From the NCBI GenBank assembly GCA_012026885.1, contig VEPL01000001.1, positions 3,072 to 67,071 of the forward strand: a stretch of 64,000 nt of DNA, written 5' to 3'. The notes under the pieces were generated by a model that had not been told where the DNA came from, ran no database searches, and saw only the letters and a list, made by a program, of their open reading frames with translations. A program made the translations under genes and the position numbers. Every line of letters begins with the position of its first letter. Within the stretch, counting starts at the first letter, position 1. The DNA comes from Betaproteobacteria bacterium. Lineage in GTDB: Bacteria; Pseudomonadota; Gammaproteobacteria; Burkholderiales; Rhodocyclaceae. Shown here piece after piece: positions 45,688-53,099 of the stretch.

Positions 45688-46017
45688 ATGCCCTACGACG
45701 CCACTTACCGCGCAGACGCCCCCGAGCGCGCAACGCTAGACGCGCGCCGCGGCCTGCAATTGATCGAGTTCGGCGCCGACTGGTGCGGCCACTGCCAGGC
45801 CGCCCAACCGGCCATCCGCGCTGCGCTGGCAACATGGCCCGACCTCCCCCACCGCAAGATCGAGGACGGCCCCGGCCGCCGGCTGGGCCGCAGCTACCGC
45901 GTCAAGCTGTGGCCGACCCTGATCCTGCTGCGCGACGGCCAGGAAATCGGCCGCGTCGTGCGGCCGACGGCGGAGGGCGAGGTGAACGAGCTACTGAAAG
46001 CGTCGGCCGTCGGCTAA
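45688..46017 (+). CDS. Thioredoxin-family protein
   Basis: WCGHC active site in FGADWCGHCQAAQP, about 109 aa. Start is ATG 45688, or TTG 45676 as in the ORF track. Confidence 0.8.
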   Translation: MPYDATYRADAPERATLDARRGLQLIEFGADWCGHCQAAQPAIRAALATWPDLPHRKIEDGPGRRLGRSYRVKLWPTLILLRDGQEIGRVVRPTAEGEVNELLKASAVG

Positions 46018-46018
46018 G

Positions 46019-46032
46019 GTTTCACGTGGAAC
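46019..46032 (-). repeat. 14-mer GTTCCACGTGAAAC, copy 4 (reverse orientation)
   Basis: Plus strand reads GTTTCACGTGGAAC, starting 2 nt after the thioredoxin TAA. Confidence 0.9.
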
Positions 46033-46365
46033 GGGTTGCTGCGGTCGACCGGCTAAACCAGGCAAAATTGGGTGGCAGGCGCCGGGCTCCCTTCGCACCG
46101 GCCATGCAATTTGCAAACGAGCGTTGCGCCGGCACCGTGCCAAGGTTATTTTCTGGCTGTCCGGTTCGTGATGAAGGTTCGGCTACATGAATTACCAAGA
46201 ATTCCGCGCGATGTCCTGCAAGAGGCTTGTTCAGGCTTCTTGCCATTTGCAGCTTGTCGGACTGGCCGCGGAATATTGGACATATTTGTCGTCCACTGGT
46301 AGTTAGACGGCGGAACATCTGCCAACAGACCGAAAGATCTTCGGGCAAGAACAAAGGGGGAAAAC

Positions 46366-46737
46366 ATGAACTGGTATCTGGAGGCCGTCAAGAAGTATGC
46401 AGTCTTCGATGGTCGGGCAAGGAGGAAGGAATACTGGTATTTCGTCCTGTTCAACACCATCATCTTTGTCGTTCTGACCATCATCGACGTTCTGACCGGA
46501 AGCTACAGTCAGGAAGCGGGAATGGGCTTGCTGGGAGGGATTTACACGCTGGCGGTCTTGCTTCCGAGTATCGCCGTGGCAGTGCGCCGGCTTCACGATA
46601 CCGCGCGCAGTGGTTGGTGGCTTCTGATCGCATTGATTCCGCTGATCGGCGCAATTGTGCTACTGGTGTTCATGGTTAAAGACAGTAGCCCCGGGCAAAA
46701 CGAATACGGTGCAAATCCGAAGGGCGCAACCGCCTGA
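46366..46737 (+). CDS. DUF805 (YhaH-like) inner-membrane protein
   Basis: GRARRKEYWYF and the RRLHDTARSGWWLL motifs typical of DUF805. Codon usage is visibly less G/C-biased than in neighbouring genes. Confidence 0.75.
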   Translation: MNWYLEAVKKYAVFDGRARRKEYWYFVLFNTIIFVVLTIIDVLTGSYSQEAGMGLLGGIYTLAVLLPSIAVAVRRLHDTARSGWWLLIALIPLIGAIVLLVFMVKDSSPGQNEYGANPKGATA

Positions 46738-46778
46738 CAAGGCGCTATGGCGTCAGCACGTACCCGTCCGGAGCCATC

Positions 46779-47189
46779 GTGAGAGAAGACATCAACGTCC
46801 GCCAGATTCCCGGTGACCGCAAGCGGCGCTGGTTCTCGTCCGACGACCTGGACCTCATCGTCTGGCTCGACGACGACGGTGGTTTTGCCGGTTTCGAGTT
46901 GTGCTACGACAAGCGGCAGCGGGAACATTCGCTCGTCTGGCGACCGCCCGGCGGCTTTGCGCACATGGCGGTCGACGACGGCGAGGGGCAGCCCGGACGT
47001 TTCAAGGCGACGCCGGTCCTGGTGCCGAACGGGCGTCTTGATCTGGAGCGGATCCATGCCGCCTTTTCCGGCGAATGCGCAGCGCTCCCGGCGGAAGTGG
47101 CGACTTACGTGCTGCAGGCGCTCGAGAGCCATCCCGACTTTGCCGCGCGTCGCAGTCCGCCGATGGAGGCCGGCAATGCGGCATCGTGA
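46779..47189 (+). CDS. Hypothetical cytoplasmic protein (first gene of a 4-gene operon)
   Basis: 136-aa ORF with a GTG start preceded by GGAG. I recognise no family. Confidence 0.45.
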   Translation: MREDINVRQIPGDRKRRWFSSDDLDLIVWLDDDGGFAGFELCYDKRQREHSLVWRPPGGFAHMAVDDGEGQPGRFKATPVLVPNGRLDLERIHAAFSGECAALPAEVATYVLQALESHPDFAARRSPPMEAGNAAS

Positions 47190-47490
47190 TTGCCCAGCTT
47201 GCGGCTATACCGTCCCCCTTTCGGGGGTGCGCATCGATCCGGCCGCCCCCAGGACGTTGACGTCCTCGTGGCCGCGCTTTCTCTGTCCGAACTGCGGTGT
47301 CGAGTTGCGCTCGAGCAACCGGTCGCTGCTGCCGGCCGTGCTGATGTTCGTCTTCGGGCTGCCCTTGCTGCTCGGTAGCGGCTATTTGCCAGAAAAGCTG
47401 GCGGGCCTCGCCGAGGTTTTGGGGAGCGTCTTCCTGCTCCTGTGTGTCCGGTGTGCGCACTGGTTCCATCGTTGGGATGGCCGTCCATGA
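47176..47490 (+). CDS. Zinc-ribbon (CPxC...CPxC) membrane protein
   Basis: MRHRDCPACGYTV...FLCPNCGVEL, followed by two hydrophobic segments. Overlaps the upstream gene by 14 nt. The ORF track shows it with a false 121-aa extension. Confidence 0.45.
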   Translation: MRHRDCPACGYTVPLSGVRIDPAAPRTLTSSWPRFLCPNCGVELRSSNRSLLPAVLMFVFGLPLLLGSGYLPEKLAGLAEVLGSVFLLLCVRCAHWFHRWDGRP

Positions 47491-47537
47491 TCCCGCGGCC
47501 TGATATTTCCGACGAACCTACTCACCGTGGAGGCGCC

Positions 47538-48413
47538 ATGTCCCCGCTGCGCGTTTTCGGCATTGCCCTGTTCTGCGTCCTGCTCGCCGGCTGCGCGGGG
47601 CGCGGCATCCCGCTGCCGGAAAAGGCCGGCGAGGAACCGGCCGCGCGGGCAATCCTGCTGGCCTCGGCCGAGGCGCACGGGCTGGCGGCATGGCAGGGCA
47701 TCAGCGACGTCAGCGTCGCCTATGCCGGCGAGTGGCACGGGCTGGTCACCCGCCTGCAGCCGACGCTGATCGACGCGCAATTCCGCCAGGGCTCGGAGGA
47801 GCGCCTGCTGCTCGCGCCCGAGCCGCTGCTGGCGCAGGCGCATCGCGGGTCGGGCGGCGAAAAGCAGGTGGTGCGCAGCCCGGCGGCGATCACGGTGGCC
47901 TACAACGGCCAGCCGGCATCGGACAAGGACGTGCTCGCGGCGGCAGCGCTGGTCGCCGATGGCTACCGGATGTTCCTGACCGGGCCCTTCTATTTCCTTA
48001 ACGGCAATGGCGTGCTGGCAACGGCCGGCAGCGAGATGGTCGACGGCCGCGAGTGCGACGTGCTGCTCGCGGTGCGCCGGCCGGGGCACGGGTTGTCCGT
48101 AGAAGACCGCTACCTGCTCTACATCGACCGCGAGCAGCGTTGGTTGCGCCGCGTGCGCTTCACGATGGAGGGGCTGGCCTCGACACAGGGCGCGGTGGCC
48201 GAGGTCGATTTCTTCGACCACCGGCGCATCGCCGGCGTCATCTGGCCGGCGCGCTTCTTCGAGCGCCTGAAGAAGCCCATCCCCAACCTGTCGGTACATA
48301 ACTGGCGGCTGGTCGGGCTGGATGTGAATCGCGGCCTGACCGCTGCCGAGCTAACTGGGCCGGCGTTCGCCGGCAAGGCGTCTGCCGCCGCGCGCCGCCT
48401 CGAAGGACAATGA
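47538..48413 (+). CDS. Lipoprotein of unknown function (possibly LolA-like fold)
   Basis: MSPLRVFGIALFCVLLAGCAG lipobox, 291 aa. The fold suggestion is only an impression from the beta-rich C-terminal pattern. Confidence 0.5.
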   Translation: MSPLRVFGIALFCVLLAGCAGRGIPLPEKAGEEPAARAILLASAEAHGLAAWQGISDVSVAYAGEWHGLVTRLQPTLIDAQFRQGSEERLLLAPEPLLAQAHRGSGGEKQVVRSPAAITVAYNGQPASDKDVLAAAALVADGYRMFLTGPFYFLNGNGVLATAGSEMVDGRECDVLLAVRRPGHGLSVEDRYLLYIDREQRWLRRVRFTMEGLASTQGAVAEVDFFDHRRIAGVIWPARFFERLKKPIPNLSVHNWRLVGLDVNRGLTAAELTGPAFAGKASAAARRLEGQ

Positions 48414-48919
48414 CCGGTGCAGCGAACGGGACCGGGGCTGTCGAGGAGCTGGTCATGCCGGCACCCCTGTGGATGCTCGTGCACGCTGGCGCCATTTTGC
48501 CTGCCGGCCTGTTCGCAGCGCTCGACTGGCCGCCGGGTAAGGATCTTTGGCAGTACGTGGCGCTCGGCTTGCTGGCGGTGACCGCTTTCGTAGCTGGGTT
48601 GAACTGGGTCCGGCATCCGCTGCCGCCGGTGCTGGTACGGGCCGATGGCAACGGCCTGCGCCTGCGTTACCGCTTCGCGGAGCGTTATCTTGACGTGCCG
48701 TGGGCCGGCGTGGGCGCCATCCGGGCCCAGCGGGTCACCAACACTCCTTGCCTGCTCATCGAACTAACGGACGAACTGCCGCACGACCTGCGTCAGGCCA
48801 TGGCTCTGTTCGACAACGGGCCGCCCTCGCCAGTTGTTTATGCAGGCCAGGGACGTCGCCTCACGGCGCTGCAGCAGTTGGCGATGCGGATGGAGGCGTT
48901 GCGGCCGGCCGGAACTTAG
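48410..48919 (+). CDS. Hypothetical membrane protein
   Basis: 169-aa ORF with two hydrophobic segments and then a soluble domain. ATGA overlap with the upstream lipoprotein gene. Confidence 0.4.
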   Translation: MTGAANGTGAVEELVMPAPLWMLVHAGAILPAGLFAALDWPPGKDLWQYVALGLLAVTAFVAGLNWVRHPLPPVLVRADGNGLRLRYRFAERYLDVPWAGVGAIRAQRVTNTPCLLIELTDELPHDLRQAMALFDNGPPSPVVYAGQGRRLTALQQLAMRMEALRPAGT

Positions 48920-48922
48920 GCC

Positions 48923-49600
48923 CTAGAAGCGCAGGCTGCGGGCGTTTTCCGCTTCCAGCTTGCGCAAGGCGGCCTTGTCCTGGGCCAGCTGGCGCTGGGC
49001 TTCGGACTGGCGCTGGCGTTCCTCAGCGAGTCGCTGTTGCTCCTTGTGTTGCGCCTGCAGGCGCGCGTTGCTCTCGGCGTTCTGAAGGTCGCGCGATACC
49101 TGGCGCGAATAGGCGCGCTCGCGTTCGAGCGCGGCGCGTTCGTTGGCCTCGTCGGCGCGTCGCTGCGCTTCGGCACGCTCGGCCGCGGCGCGTTCGTCGC
49201 GCTCCCGCTGCGCTTCCAATTCGGCGACACGCAGGGCGGCCGCGGCCCTTTCCTGTTCGCGCACCACCTGTTCGCGGCCGGACTGGTACTTGACGGCGCC
49301 GGCCACGCAGGCGACGGCGACGAGGAGCATGAAAAACTTGCCGAACAGCGGCCGCGACGGCGCCTCCGGCATGGTCGCAAGTTCGGCGCGCAACGCCAGC
49401 CGCCGGTCGTAGGCCTGGCGCAGTGCCGGATCGGACAGCGTGGCATAGGCCTCGCGCAGGGCGACGAGGCGGTTTGCGGCATCCTCGTGGCCGGCGACCT
49501 GGCCGGCATGGTGTTCGTGCAGGCGATCGTAGCTGGCGCGGATGCTTTCCGGGCTGGCCGAGTCGCTGACTTCGAGGATCTCGTAGAGGGTCTTTGCCAT
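48923..49600 (-). CDS. J-domain-like membrane protein lacking the HPD motif, with a charged coiled-coil tail
   Basis: MAKTLYEILEVSDSASPESIRASYDRL...LREAYATLSDPALRQAYD follows the J-domain helix I-III pattern, but HEHHAGQ replaces HPD. One TM segment (FFMLLVAVACVAGAV), then an ERA/Q-rich repeat. Confidence 0.55.
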   Translation of the reverse strand: MAKTLYEILEVSDSASPESIRASYDRLHEHHAGQVAGHEDAANRLVALREAYATLSDPALRQAYDRRLALRAELATMPEAPSRPLFGKFFMLLVAVACVAGAVKYQSGREQVVREQERAAAALRVAELEAQRERDERAAAERAEAQRRADEANERAALERERAYSRQVSRDLQNAESNARLQAQHKEQQRLAEERQRQSEAQRQLAQDKAALRKLEAENARSLRF

Positions 49601-49619
49601 GGTGGTGCCCGCTGCCGGG

Positions 49620-49991
49620 CTAGCGGTAGTAGTAGGGCCGGGGCGCCGGGGCCGTGCGCGGCGACGGCGTGACCGGCGACGGTTGCGGGGGAACCACGAT
49701 GACGCCGCCGCGGTAGTTGCGGTCGCGGGCCGCTTTGGCCTCGAGCTCGCTCAATTCCGTCCGGTTCCGGCGATTGACCTCCTCGGCTTCGCGCTTCTGG
49801 CTGCGGGTTACCTGGTCGCTACCCCGGTCGACGCGCTCGGCGCCGGCCGCACAGGGAAGGTCGGAAATGACCGTCTTGCCGCCTTGGGCACACCGGTAGG
49901 TCTCGGCATCGGCGGCGATCGGGGCGAGCAACGCCAGCATCAGGCAGAGGCGGCCAAAACGACAGGTCATCGAATATCTCGTCAGGGCCAT
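49620..49991 (-). CDS. DUF4124-like secreted protein
   Basis: A signal peptide, then ETYRCAQGGKTVISDLPC (DUF4124-like), then a Pro-rich tail. The start may be the internal MTCRFG (49970). Confidence 0.5.
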   Translation of the reverse strand: MALTRYSMTCRFGRLCLMLALLAPIAADAETYRCAQGGKTVISDLPCAAGAERVDRGSDQVTRSQKREAEEVNRRNRTELSELEAKAARDRNYRGGVIVVPPQPSPVTPSPRTAPAPRPYYYR

Positions 49992-50114
49992 TGGAGAGCC
50001 CGGATTCTATCCGCGCGGAATAACCACAGCAACTATGCGTGTTTGGCTAGGGGCTCGCCGCCTCCGCCGGTCGCGCCACCGTGCCTGGCGGCGAGGGCCA
50101 CAGCGGCATGCGGG

Positions 50115-50354
50115 TCAGGGGTTGTCGGCCTGCCAGGCGGCGAGGTCGGCGGCGGCGATGCGGGTCATGCGCGCGTTCAGGTTGCCGGGCAGGTGGTTGC
50201 CATCCCATTGCTCGGTCGCCCAGCGCACGATGTCGGCGTGCAGTTCGCCGTGCTCGATGGCTTGCGCGAGGCGGATTTCCATTGCGTGCACGTGCTCCGG
50301 GTCGGCGGCTAGCGCGACGGCGGCCTCGTGCAGGCTCAGGCGGTTTTCGCTCAT
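50115..50354 (-). CDS. Small hypothetical protein
   Basis: Start taken at MSENRLSLHEAAVAL (79 aa). Possibly HTH-like, but I recognise no family. Confidence 0.3.
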   Translation of the reverse strand: MSENRLSLHEAAVALAADPEHVHAMEIRLAQAIEHGELHADIVRWATEQWDGNHLPGNLNARMTRIAAADLAAWQADNP

Positions 50355-50385
50355 GCGACGCTCCCGGCGAAATGACGATACCGGC

Positions 50386-50394
50386 AATTTAGCA
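50386..50394 (-). promoter_or_regulatory. Candidate extended -10 element (TGCTAAATT on the minus strand)
   Basis: rc of aatttagca. It lies 32 nt upstream of the 50354 ATG. It shares the 10-mer tagcagagcg with the element at 54313-54326. Confidence 0.3.
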
Positions 50395-50465
50395 GAGCGC
50401 CCGCGGCGATGCTGCGGAATTCGGCCGGCGCGGGATGTCGACCGCGACAGGCAGCTCCCGCTGTC

Positions 50466-51143
50466 CTACTCCGGGTCGGCGATGCGCCAGGTGCGACCGC
50501 CGTCGTCGGAACCGAGTCGGCGTAACGGCTGGCCGCGCAGCGCACTGCTGCGCAAGGTCAACTCGATGCGCGGCTCGGGGCTGGCGGGCGTCACCCGGAC
50601 ATCGGCGAAGTGGGCGCGACGCTCGCCGGCAAAGTCGAGATAGCGGCAGTCGGCCGGCGGCGCGCACTGGGGCGGGCGCGGCTGCGCATCGATGCTGTCG
50701 GCAGGCAGGTCGCGCCAGGGGATGAAGTCGGCGAAATGGCCGCAGGCGTCGAGGCTGATCCGGAAGGTCTCGCCCTGCCAGGCGATCCAGCCGTCGCCGC
50801 GGGCGAAGCCGTCACGCGCTTCGCGGATGGCTGCAGCGAGTGCTGCCTCGCGGTCGGCTGCCGAGGGCGATTGGCCGGGCCGGCTGGCGAGCTGGGCGAC
50901 GAAGTTCCAGCCGCGGCCGGTGCCTGTCCGCGCCGGCTCCGGCAGGGCGCCGGTCGCCGGGCTGCGGCAGACCAGCGTATGGACGAGGCCGTAGTAGTGC
51001 AGCGGCATGGCCTCGTAGGCCTGGACGAGCTTGACGGTGAGGTCGGGGGTGTCGACGAAGACGTGTTCGCCGGTCGGCGTCAGCGACGGGGTGCAGCCGG
51101 CGAGGAGCGCGGCGAGGAGCGCGAGGCGGGCGCCGCCGCTCAG
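50466..51143 (-). CDS. Lipoprotein of unknown function, last gene of the polyene KS-CLF-DH-KR operon; apparent CTG start
   Basis: In-frame lipobox LSGGARLALLAALLAGC directly after the fabG-like stop. No in-frame ATG/GTG/TTG lies between the Arg-rich alternate-frame stretch and the lipobox. CTG at rc 51141-51143 overlaps the TGA (CTGA). Confidence 0.45.
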   Translation of the reverse strand: MSGGARLALLAALLAGCTPSLTPTGEHVFVDTPDLTVKLVQAYEAMPLHYYGLVHTLVCRSPATGALPEPARTGTGRGWNFVAQLASRPGQSPSAADREAALAAAIREARDGFARGDGWIAWQGETFRISLDACGHFADFIPWRDLPADSIDAQPRPPQCAPPADCRYLDFAGERRAHFADVRVTPASPEPRIELTLRSSALRGQPLRRLGSDDGGRTWRIADPE

Positions 51144-51859
51144 AACATGGCCCCGTTGATGGCGATGACCTGGCCGGAAATGTAGGCGGCGCGGTCGGAG
51201 GCGAGGAAGGCGACGAGGTCGGCGACTTCCTCGGGCTGGCCGGCGCGTTGCATGGGGACCAGCCGCTTGATCGCGTCGCTGTCGAAACTGCCTTCGATCA
51301 TGCTGGTCTCGATGATGCCCGGGGCGACGGCGTTGACGGTGATGCCACGGCTGGCGAGTTCGAGCGCCAGCGACTTGCCGGCGGCGTGCAGGGCACCCTT
51401 GGCGGCGGCGTAATTGACCTGGCCGCGGTTGCCGGCGATACCGGCGACCGACGAGATGTTGACGATGCGACCCCAGCGCGTGCGCATCATCGCCATGACC
51501 AGCGGCCGGGTGACGTTGTAGAAGCCGTTCAGCGAAACGTCGATGACCGAGTCCCATTGTTCGTCGGTCATGCCGGGGAAGACGGCGTCGGCGTGGATGC
51601 CGGCGTTGTTGACGAGGATCTGGATCGGCCCGGCCGCGAGCAGTGCCTCCAGCGCTGCGGCCGTGGCGGGACGGTCGGTGACGTCGAAGGCAACGGCCTC
51701 GGCGCTGCCACCGGCGGCGACGATGGCGGCAGCGACCGCTTCGGCCTTGTCGCGGCTGCGGTTGGCGTGAACGATCACGTGGTGGCCGTCGGCGGCCAGG
51801 CGGGTGCAGATGGCGGCGCCGATGCCGCCGCTGCCACCGGTGACGAGGGCGCGCTTCAT
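51140..51859 (-). CDS. 3-oxoacyl-ACP reductase (SDR; polyene ketoreductase)
   Basis: Start at MKRALVTGGSGGIGAAI (cat 51857-51859). Catalytic YAAAK and NNAG motifs are present. Confidence 0.88.
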   Translation of the reverse strand: MKRALVTGGSGGIGAAICTRLAADGHHVIVHANRSRDKAEAVAAAIVAAGGSAEAVAFDVTDRPATAAALEALLAAGPIQILVNNAGIHADAVFPGMTDEQWDSVIDVSLNGFYNVTRPLVMAMMRTRWGRIVNISSVAGIAGNRGQVNYAAAKGALHAAGKSLALELASRGITVNAVAPGIIETSMIEGSFDSDAIKRLVPMQRAGQPEEVADLVAFLASDRAAYISGQVIAINGAMF

Positions 51860-52305
51860 GGTGCGCTTCCCTTCAGGACTGCGGCGTCGAGCACGACGGC
51901 GGCGCGGCCTTCTAGCAGGCAACAGCCGGCGTGGCTGAGCGAGAATTCATAGAGGACGTTACTGGCGTCGCCGGATAGGCGCTCAGCGCGGACGTCGAGG
52001 GGACCGGGCAGATCGTCGAGGCGCTCGACGTGCAGGGTGACGCCGCGCACGCTGGCTAGGTAGCCCTGGCGCGGTGCCCCGTCCTCCCCGGCCAGCAGCG
52101 TGCCGTGCAGGGCCATGGCCTGGGCGGCGTATTCGATGCCGGCGGCGGCGCCGAGGCGGCCCTCGGCGCGCAGCGGGTTGGCCGGGTCGGCATGGCTGGT
52201 GGCGGTGCAGGAAATCGCCGTCTCCGACCAGTCGACCGCGGCAGCCAGCAGGCACATCGTGCCGGCGTGCGGGATGCGTGCGGCGATGCCGGCGTGGTCT
52301 AGCAC
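51856..52305 (-). CDS. Hotdog-fold 3-hydroxyacyl-ACP dehydratase-like protein
   Basis: 149-aa ORF in the KS-CLF-DH-KR arrangement typical of aryl-polyene clusters. ATGA coupling on the downstream (KR) side, and an 8-nt GTG-start overlap (GTGCTAGA) with the CLF stop upstream. Confidence 0.6.
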   Translation of the reverse strand: MLDHAGIAARIPHAGTMCLLAAAVDWSETAISCTATSHADPANPLRAEGRLGAAAGIEYAAQAMALHGTLLAGEDGAPRQGYLASVRGVTLHVERLDDLPGPLDVRAERLSGDASNVLYEFSLSHAGCCLLEGRAAVVLDAAVLKGSAP

Positions 52306-53099
52306 GGCGTTACGGCGACGGCGAGTTGCATGGGCGCCAGGTAGTCGACGACGACCGAACCGCCCTCGCCGGCCGCCAGCTTTTGCAGCAGTGGCAGGGC
52401 GCGCAATGCTGGGATGGCGGTGCGCTGCGCCTCCAGCCCGGGGTCGGCAACCGTGTCGGCCGGCGCGCGCGACGGGCTGACCGCGATCCTTGCGAGCGAG
52501 CGCTCGCTTCGCGCTGGCGCCAGCAGCAGCGCGACGCCGGCCGCATCCGGCACCGGGCGCTTGGCGAACAGCGGCTCGGGGTACTCGGTGTCGTAGGCGA
52601 CCAGCAGCGTCGGTTGGCTATCGAGCACGACCTGCGCAAGGGCATCGAGCAGGCCGGCACCGAAGCTTGCATCATGGGCGCAGATGACCTGGCACGGTGC
52701 CATGGCGCGCGTGGCGATGCCCCAGTAGCCGGCAGCGGCGTTATGCACGGAATTGTGGAAGCGGGTCGGCGAGATCTGGCGGTCCTCGCCGGCCAGTTGC
52801 TCGCACAGGGCGTGGCAGTTGTGGCCATCGGCGCCCGAGGCGGAGAACACCGTGGCCAGTATGGACAGGTCGGCGCCGGCATGGGCTGCTGCCTCGCGCC
52901 CGACGGCGAGCGTCAACTTGACGACACGGCTGGCGCGGCGACGCTCGGCCGGCGGCAGCAGGTCGGGGACCGGCAGGATGGAGGGTGCATCGACCCGCGC
53001 CGCCTCGCCGCGCAGGACGGCCCGCGCGGTTGGCCAGTCGGGCAGGCCGGGGGCGATGACCCCGATGCCCTCGATCCAGGCGGTGAGCGGCGCGCTCAT
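52299..53099 (-). CDS. Beta-ketoacyl synthase-like protein without an obvious active-site Cys context (chain-length-factor-like)
   Basis: 266-aa ORF with thiolase-fold N-terminal-like sequence (ISPTRFHNSVHNAAAGYW). It is coupled to the upstream KS. Confidence 0.6.
   Translation of the reverse strand: MSAPLTAWIEGIGVIAPGLPDWPTARAVLRGEAARVDAPSILPVPDLLPPAERRRASRVVKLTLAVGREAAAHAGADLSILATVFSASGADGHNCHALCEQLAGEDRQISPTRFHNSVHNAAAGYWGIATRAMAPCQVICAHDASFGAGLLDALAQVVLDSQPTLLVAYDTEYPEPLFAKRPVPDAAGVALLLAPARSERSLARIAVSPSRAPADTVADPGLEAQRTAIPALRALPLLQKLAAGEGGSVVVDYLAPMQLAVAVTPC

Noticed and set aside
49037-49300. Apparent tandem repetition in the 49.0-49.3 kb DNA
   Set aside because: This is explained by the charged ERA/Q-rich coiled-coil tail of the J-like protein (a low-complexity coding repeat), not a noncoding repeat array.
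46018-50465. Genomic island, prophage remnant or integrative element
   Set aside because: I could recognise no integrase, transposase, tRNA target or flanking direct repeats. Only the DUF805 gene and its upstream region look compositionally foreign.
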